This document shows positions 52,701 to 61,594 of a stretch of 61,594 nucleotides of DNA, in pieces. The stretch is from positions 1 through 61,594 of IMG/VR virus record IMGVR_UViG_3300021335_001614. One strand, written 5' to 3'. The notes beneath the pieces are model-generated. The model worked only from the letters and a program-made list of their open reading frames with translations. It made no database searches and had not been told where the DNA came from. The stretch comes from a virus (taxonomy: Duplodnaviria > Caudoviricetes). A program made the position numbers and the translations under genes. The number at the start of each line of letters is the position of its first letter. The first letter of the stretch is position 1.

Positions 52701-55700
52701 CTAATGAATTGCCGTATGGATCTTCTGTTTGAAAGTCTAAGCTTCTGTAAGTTATTTCGTCACTTTCGTCAAAATTAATTGCTGTACTTGGACGAGTTAC
52801 AAGTTTGCCAGGATTTGCTACACCTGATAAATTTACCTGTATATTATCTGTATAATCTATGAATGTTGCATTGGAAAGGTCAGCTTGCACTAATCCAAAA
52901 TAATCCTCTACAATAACATCATCTGCTCTTAGCTCTAGCCTATAGATTGTATTGTCTACGGTACTAGTGGATACATCGCCTCCTGATAACGCGGTAATGT
53001 TACTTACTGAGGCAATTCTATAGTGTAACACATTTATCGCATCTCCGTCCGCATTCAATGTGCCAGCGTGGTCTACTGTAATAATACTTTGCGGCAGTGG
53101 TGCATCAACCATAGCTGTTACAAGCACAAAACTACTACCCTCATTATTTGTATATGTAGCTCCAGAAACCGAACCTATACCTGCATAAATTTGTGCAGGT
53201 CTTGTCATAGTTTCTTTTAATAAAACCTGATCCGGAATCTCATTTGGATCTGCGCCTTCTGACACTAATCCAAAATTACCATATCCATTTGATCCGTTTA
53301 GGGACCGAATTTCTGCTCCATTTGCTGAATAGTATGCTACATGGCAGTAATATGTAAACATAGATACCATTTCGGAGAAAGCACCATTTGTTACAACTAA
53401 ACCGTAACCTAAATCATTTACTTGTGTAAAGTCGTTACCAAGTAGTGATCTATTACCAGCCGTTTGTAAGAAAATATTTAAGCCCTCAACTGGAATTAAT
53501 GCTGTATCAAATCCCTGCCCTACTCCGCCAATTGTAGGCCCAGATGTCCTATCTAAATATATGTAAGCACTTCCAAGAGCTTGGTCATAATTTGATATTG
53601 CATTAACTTGGTACCTTATTCCATCATAATAAAAAGGACATGGAAGCTGAGGAGGTCTAATGAACAGTCCTTCTCCAGGATTGCTTGTTGCATATAATTT
53701 AAATGCAGAATTTTCAGGGTCTTGTTGTAATACAACAGGAATGTTACCTACATATGCATCTACAAACATTCCGCCTGCAAATACTTGTTCATTTTTACTA
53801 CGAGAAAAACTTGAAGCCGTTTGCGTATATGGTGATTTTGTTAGTATTTGACCATCTGGGTCCAATACGCACATGAAACCACCGTGACCTCTACATGTAA
53901 CATTTCTTATGATAGTTGTATCTCCTAATAGGAAAACATCCATCTCGTCTGCTCTCTTAGGCGGGTTGTAATTTGCGGTATCAAAAACAAATTTCATTTT
54001 GTCTACCATTTTAATTACATTAGTTGCTGTGCCGTCTTCGCCTTGTAATTGTTGGTCAACTACATTTCTTAAAATCACAGGTTCTTCGTTGGTATTATTG
54101 TAAGTAGGTACGTTTCCTAATAAAAGAGTGTTCGCTTGGTCACGTAATTCATTCATTGCTGCAATAGTAGCGGTTTCTTGCTCTGGGTAATTTAGCAATA
54201 TTTGATTATATTCTGTTTCTGTTCCATGATATAAACCTTGTATTTCTTTAGTTTTAGATTCTTTCCCATATCTAAAATCATAAACTAAAGCATCGACTAT
54301 CTCATTTAAATCTCTGCTTAATTTTTCAGCATTATATACAGGAACGGGAGCTAAATTATTTACGATATGTATAGCTTCGGCAATGAAAAAGTCTTTATTC
54401 CTTTGTAATATTTCACTTGCGGTATTATTCCCATACGGATTGTTAATTTCTATTCCATTATCAACATTTATTGGCTTAGATGGATCTTCTAAATAATGAT
54501 AGCCAAACCAACCTTGAGCTTCGCCTAATTGATTTATAAATTGACTTGTACCATTAGAGGCTACTGTTAAACCATCAAAATAACTGTCTCTATAAAAATA
54601 TGTATTTGCCCATTTACTCTGCGATATTCTAGGCAAGTTTGAACCAGTTTCAATTTTAGGTTGAATTATGACTCTTCTAAATTCGTCACCTTTTATTGAT
54701 ACATTATTGGCTACTTTTATTGGATAGTCTTCATAATAATTACCAGCTTCTATCCTGATAACTACTTCTTTTTTCTTTATGTAATTGGCGTATTCTAATT
54801 CTTCGCCTGTTACGAAATCTTTAGCAGATAGTAGGTGTAAAGAGAAGATTGTAGGCCTTTGTTCAACCTCTCCTGTAATAGGATCAGTCGTGATATTGCT
54901 GTTGTCTGTAGGATTTTCATATTCGACTATTCTACCTATTGCTTTAGATTGTTTTCCTCTGATAACTTTTCCTGGAAGTGCGTCTGGATTTCCATCTGCT
55001 GTTTGATCAAGGTAGCCAATATTTTTATTTTTAGTTAGAATTTTATATACTGCACCATAATTAATGTTTGGTAAATTTGGATGATCTAAGCCTAAAGTTA
55101 TAATATCTACTATTAAATCCCATTTATTTGTTACTGCATTTATTTCTGCAGTTGCAACATCGGTAACTGTTTCATCGAATACTTGTCTTTCAACAGTTTG
55201 ATAAATTTTTCCAAAGTATGCATCATCACCTATATTTGAGTAAGGACTACCAAACCCTTCTGTGCTAAATGGATTTATTAAATTTTCATCAGTAAATAAT
55301 CTTAAATTTAATCTAATTCCTCCCCCTTCTGAGATATCATCAATGTTAATATAGAAAGATTGCTCATTTAATTCAGACATAGGATGGGTATCTGGTATAC
55401 CTCGGAACGTTATTAAATCTCCATCTTGATATTCTTCTGGTAGAGATACTTGCACAGTTACTATTCCTGGAGAAGATAAACCTATACTTTGTACAAGGAT
55501 GCGCTCGGATAAGACTTGATTTAATATATCTAAAGACAAATCTGATGCAAATTCTATTGCAGATACAGTTTCATTTTGTTGTATCGTAATAGCCCGCCTT
55601 CCACTAACCGAAGAATAATATCTTTCTGCTGCTTGGAAGGTTAAAGTGTTTGTGTTCAATCCCCTAAGTATGTCAAATATAATTGCATCAACAAGTAGTC

Positions 55701-57222
55701 CGATATCACGCTCACAGTATTCTTTGTCATATGCAAAATCTGGGAAATTTTTATCTATCCAAGCTATAGTTTCTTTTTGTATGAAGCTTCTATTTTGAGA
55801 AAGTAAAGTTCTAGAATCAAGATTATAGCCGCCTGCTTCTGTTCCGCCTTCAATATACGTGTCTAATACGTAGGTATCTTGCGTAACATTATTGTCTGTA
55901 TATGTAACAGTTTGTAAATATGGTCCGAGTGTGGATTCAGATGTTCGTATCAACTCAGCAGCTCTCGCAGCAGCAGCACCTACGGTTGCGAATGCATATG
56001 CATTCGCAGTTCCTTCTTTACCTTGTGGTACCCCTTGCATAGAATCATCGCCGTCTGTGCTGACAAATAAAACTTCGGGTGAACTGTAAGCCGCTCCTTG
56101 ATCTACATAAAGTTTTGTTGCAGCTTGTAAGTCTTCTTCGCCATTAGGCGTACCACTGCCTCTTAAATCACCAGGATGGTCGGATAGATATAAAGGACCA
56201 GTCATAGAATCTCCTCCTCGGAGCACAACTGATTTCCTTGGCACAGCTTGATTAGAAAGGAAGTTACCTGTTAAGGTCGTATCTAATGCAGCTAGAACTA
56301 TAGTATGAGTATCTCCATCTGGAATAGATGCTTGTGAAACATCTAAAAAGTTATTTGCAGCTTCAGCCGGATCTTGAGAAATAGCATACTCTTTATTTGT
56401 GAATATCCATAAATGTTCTGGACTTATTACTCGTATATACAAGTGTTCATAAACATTACCATTGGGATTACTTGGAGTAACTGAAAGAGGATCTATAAAT
56501 GCTGTAGGTATAGTTACTTCCGCATTAAAATAAATTTCAGTACCGTTACTCGAACTGTCCAATCCATGTCCATTAACAACTTCATTTTGTGTATATGGAT
56601 CTTTGTGAGATACAATATAGATACTTCCTTTATATATCCCCTCGGTTTCGATATAATCAAAAATTTCCCATGTGTAATGAGCAACTCCAGTAGGTTCATT
56701 GGCAATAGGAATGCTAGCATTACGAGTAACATACTGCAGATCGGCCCATCCTTTAGTAATAGTTACATTATCTAAGGTCAAGTTAGTTTCTTGCTGTATG
56801 TTTAATAAATCAAGTGCTTCTTGGTCTACTACATTTCCTGCTATAACAAAATTACTACCGTAGAGTGATCCACCTAGCTTTGGTGTAGTATCATCAGCTA
56901 CTCTTGTAAAACCTGCTTTAATTATCAATTGACCAGGTGTATCGCCTACGCCGTCAGTAAATTCAAACTCTACTGAGCCTGTTGGATCTGTAGCTAATTC
57001 TACCAAGCTTATAAAATCACCAGCAGAATTAACTAACGGCACAGTATGTGGAGTTAGAACATCAGGTGTATCACTTAAAGTAGTGAATTCAATCCTGCCT
57101 CCTAAACCAAAAACTGCGTACAGTTCAATAAAATTTTCATTAACTTTTTTAAAACTGGCTCTAATACTATCACCAGTGCCGTCATTTCCCTCGACACCTA
57201 TATTAACTTCTTGCCTAGCCAT
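49708..57222 (-). CDS. giant tail fibre/spike protein, 2504 aa
   Basis: gp9/gp10-like N-terminus, AATKLYVD and DAVNKNYVD fibre motifs, C-terminal ADLAE...GRVPC domain. Confidence 0.8.
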   Translation of the reverse strand: MARQEVNIGVEGNDGTGDSIRASFKKVNENFIELYAVFGLGGRIEFTTLSDTPDVLTPHTVPLVNSAGDFISLVELATDPTGSVEFEFTDGVGDTPGQLIIKAGFTRVADDTTPKLGGSLYGSNFVIAGNVVDQEALDLLNIQQETNLTLDNVTITKGWADLQYVTRNASIPIANEPTGVAHYTWEIFDYIETEGIYKGSIYIVSHKDPYTQNEVVNGHGLDSSSNGTEIYFNAEVTIPTAFIDPLSVTPSNPNGNVYEHLYIRVISPEHLWIFTNKEYAISQDPAEAANNFLDVSQASIPDGDTHTIVLAALDTTLTGNFLSNQAVPRKSVVLRGGDSMTGPLYLSDHPGDLRGSGTPNGEEDLQAATKLYVDQGAAYSSPEVLFVSTDGDDSMQGVPQGKEGTANAYAFATVGAAAARAAELIRTSESTLGPYLQTVTYTDNNVTQDTYVLDTYIEGGTEAGGYNLDSRTLLSQNRSFIQKETIAWIDKNFPDFAYDKEYCERDIGLLVDAIIFDILRGLNTNTLTFQAAERYYSSVSGRRAITIQQNETVSAIEFASDLSLDILNQVLSERILVQSIGLSSPGIVTVQVSLPEEYQDGDLITFRGIPDTHPMSELNEQSFYINIDDISEGGGIRLNLRLFTDENLINPFSTEGFGSPYSNIGDDAYFGKIYQTVERQVFDETVTDVATAEINAVTNKWDLIVDIITLGLDHPNLPNINYGAVYKILTKNKNIGYLDQTADGNPDALPGKVIRGKQSKAIGRIVEYENPTDNSNITTDPITGEVEQRPTIFSLHLLSAKDFVTGEELEYANYIKKKEVVIRIEAGNYYEDYPIKVANNVSIKGDEFRRVIIQPKIETGSNLPRISQSKWANTYFYRDSYFDGLTVASNGTSQFINQLGEAQGWFGYHYLEDPSKPINVDNGIEINNPYGNNTASEILQRNKDFFIAEAIHIVNNLAPVPVYNAEKLSRDLNEIVDALVYDFRYGKESKTKEIQGLYHGTETEYNQILLNYPEQETATIAAMNELRDQANTLLLGNVPTYNNTNEEPVILRNVVDQQLQGEDGTATNVIKMVDKMKFVFDTANYNPPKRADEMDVFLLGDTTIIRNVTCRGHGGFMCVLDPDGQILTKSPYTQTASSFSRSKNEQVFAGGMFVDAYVGNIPVVLQQDPENSAFKLYATSNPGEGLFIRPPQLPCPFYYDGIRYQVNAISNYDQALGSAYIYLDRTSGPTIGGVGQGFDTALIPVEGLNIFLQTAGNRSLLGNDFTQVNDLGYGLVVTNGAFSEMVSMFTYYCHVAYYSANGAEIRSLNGSNGYGNFGLVSEGADPNEIPDQVLLKETMTRPAQIYAGIGSVSGATYTNNEGSSFVLVTAMVDAPLPQSIITVDHAGTLNADGDAINVLHYRIASVSNITALSGGDVSTSTVDNTIYRLELRADDVIVEDYFGLVQADLSNATFIDYTDNIQVNLSGVANPGKLVTRPSTAINFDESDEITYRSLDFQTEDPYGNSLAADEIRVTLENNFDFINLEIFHTQTGNGYNLTGNDWLSILPLSSGGTYTDDVRIVDAISPKIFSFKGRSHRVTKYSVVEEIQNLGSVITVVKDDNITQTNGFSAKVAYAHTGADIEVYDVTGTFDNTIAIAHNGAPIPGIHTSAILTIPTTPSALIQFTDELDIAGVGTGLADDISANYEFILAGLAENSTAEITIAISLLRATGHDFTQIGTGGYNTSNYPNVILGDPLIPLTDVYWSNDPSGQTSAQVWEKRKGRVFWVSTDQYGFFRVGRFFSVDQGTGAITFSGEVGISNANALGFKKGVTIDEFSADETMSDDSGSAVPTEKAVRSYIAQVLGIDPHNNPQFPGSGFLPLSGLNQPFPKEMAGDLGMGGNKIQDVALPVNGTDAVNKNYVDGNIGTYDSFGKMKDFMPAERISASPSSGPKPKADNEIIVSTGKYVIYITTDDITGEFLDGEILRNAADPANATIFGDIIQSYAYYDYKYGNVRKIVYSLQEEDQGNGLNLRPIDSNIDSAIYGGTYTPGTGLADDRGLLLIDSLNLFSVGGSYSELTNAVNGLASEGNDILVTTIRETDSARLVMAIRPDSIINADVKSDAGILQSKLSLNAASTRADATGITQADLGVSSFKDTEFTADNGWISIKNSGVILSKLQDINSGTVLGRTSANSGPVEVISFSDISSGGGALLKSYFTNNGVLIKTGADSWSTLAYSTTATASNLVQRDAAGSVNVVDVVFGGKVKFNQSGTVRDIFSSGGTGQIRVNDTAPAGTTIQTGSGYLAAPHVYTNGIASTNTVVNSNDADLSVGANIYLGPGGTTNATNNSIVFWSKGQDRYRIDENSFEAFNAANLGSVANPFGTCYANVLSGYATKAKYADLAENYLADDEYFEGTVLVFGGDAEITVTSTKGDKRVAGVVSTNPAHLMNEALQGEHVTPLALQGRVPCKVIGKVAKGDMLVTSAIPGYAIVDNDPRIGTVLGKAVGEKTDDGKGVVEIVVGRL

Positions 57223-57239
57223 TCATTACTCCTATTAGT

Positions 57240-57614
57240 TTACCAGGTTGGCGTAAACACTGGTTTTTTCTCTGTTGGTAAGGTACTAACATCAAAGCTT
57301 ACACTGGTACCACAACCACAACTGGATTTTGCATTTGGATTTCGTATGTCAAAATTAGATCCTACTATACTGGTTACGTAATCTATTTCTGTACCCATTA
57401 AGAACAACATGCTTTTTTTGCCTATTGCTAAATTACCATCACCCGTGTTTATTACTTCGTCATGTCTCGTTGGAGCATCAGTCACTCCCCAGTCATATTG
57501 ATATCCTGCACATCCACCACCTTTTAGATTAAGTGTGATTGCATATACATTATTTTCTTTGCATAGTTGATTTATTTTTTCTTTTGCTTTATCTGTGATT
57601 ATTACAAATGACAT
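57240..57614 (-). CDS. A-type Fe-S cluster carrier (IscA/HesB family)
   Basis: GGCAG and NPNAKSSCGCGTS motifs. Confidence 0.92.
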   Translation of the reverse strand: MSFVIITDKAKEKINQLCKENNVYAITLNLKGGGCAGYQYDWGVTDAPTRHDEVINTGDGNLAIGKKSMLFLMGTEIDYVTSIVGSNFDIRNPNAKSSCGCGTSVSFDVSTLPTEKKPVFTPTW

Positions 57615-57676
57615 GGTTACCTCTTATGAATATATTTATGTGTTAATTTTATAATCTTAATGTAGTAAATACTTAT

Positions 57677-57964
57677 ATGTATATCGGAGAACGTGTACAA
57701 AAAAATTCTTACATGCGAAAGTCTAAAAAGGGTTGTAATCATACCTATTATAGAAACAGTATAGAGCTTATTTTACGGTGTGATTGTTGTAATGAAGTTT
57801 TTACTCGCACAAGAGGTAAGATGGATCCTAATAGGATCAACAACAATGTGTTTCATGTATGCGGAAATTGTGATGCAAAGAGGTTTGCACAGCGGAAAGG
57901 TCAGGAAAGGAAAGCAGTTTGGGATTTACCAGCTAGTAGCAATTTAGATATCAGTAAACTTTGA
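57677..57964 (+). CDS. small zinc-ribbon-like basic protein
   Basis: CDCC...CGNC; TAAATA just upstream. Confidence 0.65.
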   Translation: MYIGERVQKNSYMRKSKKGCNHTYYRNSIELILRCDCCNEVFTRTRGKMDPNRINNNVFHVCGNCDAKRFAQRKGQERKAVWDLPASSNLDISKL

Positions 57965-59362
57965 CGGATCTATTTCAACAAACCTCCTTACTTCCATAAA
58001 TCTTTTGTTTTTTGGAGTAACCATTGCAAGGACTCTGTCTAACTTAGCTTCGTCTTTTTTGTCTTTTACAATTATTTTATTTGTTTCGTCTATGGTAGGA
58101 ACACGGAAAAACATCCTGCCGTGATTTTCGAAGAATGATATGTCTTTCGCAATAAAATTACAATGCCGAAAAACAAAGCTTAGAAGAACTCCTGCATCTC
58201 TAGCTTCAACCCACTTATTATCGATGACAATATCTTCTCTTCTAATAAATTCTTTTGCAACTATCGGAAATTCTGCCGATACAAGATAATCTTCTTTTAT
58301 TGATAACTGGTATTCATTAAAACGATCATATAAGTAATTTAAAAAAGGTGCAGCAGTTCTAAGGTTGTTTTTGAAAACGCTATTTGCTCTAGCCCAATAT
58401 TGTTTTTTATATTTTGGTTGCTGCAACTGTTTTGAAAAGTAGGTAATAAAGATCTTTTGCATTCCGTTGTTAAGACCTGAAACTTTTATTAAAGGAATGA
58501 TGTTTGATTTAACTTCTTGTTGTTTTTCTATACCATAACTGGCACCGTGTTCTTGTAAATCCCGCATCTTAACACCAGCTATAGAAAGTTCATTATACTT
58601 GTTCATTATCATTTTAATTGTTCTAGCAAAACTTAATGCAAGTTTAAAAAAACCTAGTATAGTTTCATAGTTAATGTTTTGTCTTTTATCGTTTAGTACT
58701 CCACGCAACCCACGCCATTCAAGTGTACCTTGTCCATGTGGAAAGAGTGCTGAATATTTTTCAAACTCGTCTCGGTTAAACAAATTATCGAATAGATATT
58801 CAACTATTTCCTCTTTGTCCTCGCCTTCGCCTTTCATTTCTTGAGCCATGTGTACTATTTCATCTACGCTGTCTTTCACAGTTTGTACATTAGCATAATC
58901 ATTGTCGTAGAGATTTTGTCCTTTATACGTGGTATACAGTTGCTCGAATAAAGGACTCTGTAACATCATAACAGCGACCCAACTAGACTCAACGGTACTC
59001 ATCTTAGTGATAGGACCTAAACCAAAATGTGCATGCATTCCGCATGTTCGATTTGTGTAAGCACCAAGTTTAAAAAGATCATGTACAAAGTTTGCACAGG
59101 TCATGATGTTAGCAGGTGTAGCAGCCATCTGTCCACCTTTTGCTAAAGCACCTATCCTAAACTCCATTCCAATTTCGTTTCCGTAGACAGTATTAGGCTG
59201 TATGCTGGAATCACTGCCACCATCTACATTGTATTTTTTTGCAAGATCACTATAGACTTTGACCATATCTCCGTCTATAACGCATTCAATTTCAAACCCT
59301 ATAGTAATATCGCTTAACTGTGCTTCGTTTAATTGTTGTTCAAATAACTGTCTTAATAGCAT
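57944..59362 (-). CDS. putative amidoligase (COOH-NH2 ligase / Amidoligase_2-like)
   Basis: IGFEIE, DSSI, ME, CGMHAHFG, KYSA, TLEWR; start MLLRQLFE with GGAG RBS. Confidence 0.7.
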   Translation of the reverse strand: MLLRQLFEQQLNEAQLSDITIGFEIECVIDGDMVKVYSDLAKKYNVDGGSDSSIQPNTVYGNEIGMEFRIGALAKGGQMAATPANIMTCANFVHDLFKLGAYTNRTCGMHAHFGLGPITKMSTVESSWVAVMMLQSPLFEQLYTTYKGQNLYDNDYANVQTVKDSVDEIVHMAQEMKGEGEDKEEIVEYLFDNLFNRDEFEKYSALFPHGQGTLEWRGLRGVLNDKRQNINYETILGFFKLALSFARTIKMIMNKYNELSIAGVKMRDLQEHGASYGIEKQQEVKSNIIPLIKVSGLNNGMQKIFITYFSKQLQQPKYKKQYWARANSVFKNNLRTAAPFLNYLYDRFNEYQLSIKEDYLVSAEFPIVAKEFIRREDIVIDNKWVEARDAGVLLSFVFRHCNFIAKDISFFENHGRMFFRVPTIDETNKIIVKDKKDEAKLDRVLAMVTPKNKRFMEVRRFVEIDPSKFTDI

Positions 59363-59391
59363 TCGGTCTACGCTCCGGCTCTTTGCTTTAT

Positions 59392-59670
59392 TTAGCCTAA
59401 AAAGAACAACTGTATAAAAGCCCATCCATTCATAGCAGTAAACCACAGGCATAAGACTATAGCACTGCTACGACGGATATAAGTGCTTATAACCGCCAGT
59501 ATGCTACCTACTAGGTAAAGTGGTATAAAGATAGTAGTGGCAGGGTCTAGGATTGTAAAACTAAGTATAGCACTTGCTACGATTAAAAAAGATGCTTCAA
59601 GCAGCTCGCAATATGTTGCCAGCGGACTTGCCTGATAGCTCTCCTTGAAGAACTTGATTATTTTTTGCAT
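59392..59670 (-). CDS. small membrane protein
   Basis: Three hydrophobic segments; resembles 16324..16611. Confidence 0.7.
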   Translation of the reverse strand: MQKIIKFFKESYQASPLATYCELLEASFLIVASAILSFTILDPATTIFIPLYLVGSILAVISTYIRRSSAIVLCLWFTAMNGWAFIQLFFLG

Positions 59671-59674
59671 ATGG

Positions 59675-60496
59675 TTAAAGTTCTAGGTTAGCGTTAACAA
59701 AAGGATTAGAATATGGATCGAATGTAAGATATGATTTATTAATGCCATAAGTAAAATTGTATTCCCCTTTATCTGGCACTTCAACTTGACTTCTACCTAA
59801 TATCCAAACTCCGCTAGGACTAGCGGTACGACCATTGTATGGTTGCCCATCTATGCCGCAACTGTTATCAACTGAAATTATAGGCAGCATATGATATCTT
59901 GACATCATTTGTAGCCAGGCAGTATGCCAATCCCAATATACTTTGTCGTGGGTTTTGCCAATGCCTCTATCACCATTCGTTAAATGAATGAATATATTTG
60001 CGCCGCCGAGTTGTGCGTGTTGTGTCGGCATTGTAGGTGCATTGATCATAGGCGATCCCCAGAAGTCATTACAAATCATTATGCCTGCTCTAATATCAGG
60101 ATGACTTGGTAAAGGAATTGTTTGGAGTTTATTTCCGGGAACAATGCCTAAATGTTGATCTAAAGGAATTATTAAAGTTTTACTATAATGATCTACAATG
60201 CCACCATCTTTGTCTAAAATTAAACAAGTATTTTCTGGATGCATTTGATCAAATTTCCAAATAGCTCCTAAAAATACTGCTGTTTGATTTCTGCGAGCAG
60301 CCTGAGATACAATATCTAATGCTTCCTCTGCATTCATTTGCCAAAGATTAGAATATCCTGTTAAAGCACATTCAGGAGTTACTGCATACTCAGCTTGGGG
60401 ATTTTCATCTATAGCATTTGCTATAGTTTTTGCATTGTGTAAAGGATCTGGTGTGCAATCCATTTGAATGCCTAAAAAGGTAATTTCATTGTTCAT
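59675..60496 (-). CDS. carbon-nitrogen hydrolase (nitrilase superfamily)
   Basis: Catalytic triad motifs PECALTGY, YSK, ICND. Confidence 0.85.
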   Translation of the reverse strand: MNNEITFLGIQMDCTPDPLHNAKTIANAIDENPQAEYAVTPECALTGYSNLWQMNAEEALDIVSQAARRNQTAVFLGAIWKFDQMHPENTCLILDKDGGIVDHYSKTLIIPLDQHLGIVPGNKLQTIPLPSHPDIRAGIMICNDFWGSPMINAPTMPTQHAQLGGANIFIHLTNGDRGIGKTHDKVYWDWHTAWLQMMSRYHMLPIISVDNSCGIDGQPYNGRTASPSGVWILGRSQVEVPDKGEYNFTYGINKSYLTFDPYSNPFVNANLEL

Positions 60497-61512
60497 GGAA
60501 TACTTTCATAAAATTCAATGCTTGCAAGATTTTTGCATTTGGATTCGCACATGATATCTGCTGTTTCTCTGAAACTAGCAGCCCATTCATTTACAACAGG
60601 GTTTGGATAGTAGTCACTATGTGCTCTCAGCTTCTGCTTCTTACAACCTTGTGCAAGTAATTTTTCCATATTAGGAAAATCATCGTGTGCAAAGTTTTCC
60701 GGTAAATGCTCATTGCGACTGTAGGAATAATGTATAGTAGGACGTAAACCTCGCCAACTGTCTACTACACGTTTATATCTATCATCTGTGGGTTGGATGT
60801 ACTCACCTGTTTTAATCCAGTGGTGGTGTATGTCAAGTACGAGTGCGAGATCTTTTTCCAGCTCAAGGCTTGCTTCAAGTCCCCACGAGTTTTCGTCATT
60901 CTCAATTGTGATGGTATTCCTTGCTTCTGGGGATAATCTTGGCAGTACAGCTTTGATGCCTGCCGGACCTTGTCTACCTGCAATGTGTACGTTGATTTTA
61001 AAGTCTTGGAATCTTTTACCGTAGCCCAACCAACGTGCGATATCCACATGATATTCAAACTCCTCTATACTACGTTCAACAATATCGGCATTATCACTTG
61101 CCAGTACAGTAAACTGGCCAGGATGCATAGATAGGCGTACGTCACACGCACGACTGATTTCTCCAACTTTTCGTAATTCATTTTCTGCATAGTCACGTAC
61201 ATCAGTACGCCGCCAATAATAGCTCCAATTGGGCTCAGTGTATACAGGAAGTATATCACTGCCCAGTCTAACCATTCGTAATTCATCTGGTAAACCTCCT
61301 ACATAACGGATCAGCAATTCTAACGATTTTATGTTATGTACCATAATATCCCACAATCGCTGTTCTGCTACGTTCCTTTCTTGTCTATTCAACCACGCAA
61401 CAGTGGTGCATTTCGTATTTAGTGGTCTTTGACATTCTTCTAACTGCTGCTTTTTTAATGTTTGATCATGATGCATATACTTGCATGCAAAACCTATTCT
61501 TTGTATATCCAT
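60493..61512 (-). CDS. uvsE: UV damage endonuclease
   Basis: RIGFAC, RLSMHPGQFTVLAS, IENDE, LDIHHH, AHSD, CESK.K. Confidence 0.93.
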   Translation of the reverse strand: MDIQRIGFACKYMHHDQTLKKQQLEECQRPLNTKCTTVAWLNRQERNVAEQRLWDIMVHNIKSLELLIRYVGGLPDELRMVRLGSDILPVYTEPNWSYYWRRTDVRDYAENELRKVGEISRACDVRLSMHPGQFTVLASDNADIVERSIEEFEYHVDIARWLGYGKRFQDFKINVHIAGRQGPAGIKAVLPRLSPEARNTITIENDENSWGLEASLELEKDLALVLDIHHHWIKTGEYIQPTDDRYKRVVDSWRGLRPTIHYSYSRNEHLPENFAHDDFPNMEKLLAQGCKKQKLRAHSDYYPNPVVNEWAASFRETADIMCESKCKNLASIEFYESIP

Positions 61513-61594
61513 GTTTTTTTAATGTAAGGATCGTCGCATAAGTGCGGATTAGGATCTCCATGGAAGACGGCAATACAACAATCTTCAGGAGGTG
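61494..61594 (-). CDS. 3' end of a gene, possibly a GT-A glycosyltransferase (partial)
   Basis: Manual translation PPEDCCIAVFHGDPNPHLCDDPYIKKTWIYKE*; FHG.P.P resembles GT8-type C-termini. Confidence 0.45.
   Translation of the reverse strand, partial: PPEDCCIAVFHGDPNPHLCDDPYIKKTWIYKE

Overview
This is a 61.6 kb, AT-rich, densely coding segment of a large T4-like/jumbo tailed dsDNA phage, with nearly all genes on the minus strand. The host is probably a Proteobacterium, inferred from the FdxA-, SbmA/BacA- and ClpA-type genes. From left to right: a partial SbmA/BacA transporter, a methyltransferase, purT and purA; a putative base-modification cluster (MBD4-like glycosylase, phosphoribosyltransferase, GT-B glycosyltransferase, QueD-like, TGT/DpdA-like); a probable sliding clamp next to a 1175-aa clamp paralog carrying inserted repeat domains; a family B DNA polymerase; small probable head proteins; ClpA and DnaJ; a lysis cassette; PhoH, dCMP deaminase, ThyX, ferredoxin, clamp loader, two MazG-like proteins, YccA, GroES and a DnaE fragment; baseplate genes and two giant fibre genes; IscA, an amidoligase-like protein, a nitrilase-family protein and UvsE. 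The two strongest candidates for undescribed biology are the domain-decorated clamp paralog (9450-12977) and the 7-deazaguanine cluster with a glycosyltransferase resembling the queuosine mannosyltransferase family (3733-8703). All family assignments come from motif recognition by eye; no database searches were run. I saw no tRNA, rRNA or CRISPR array.
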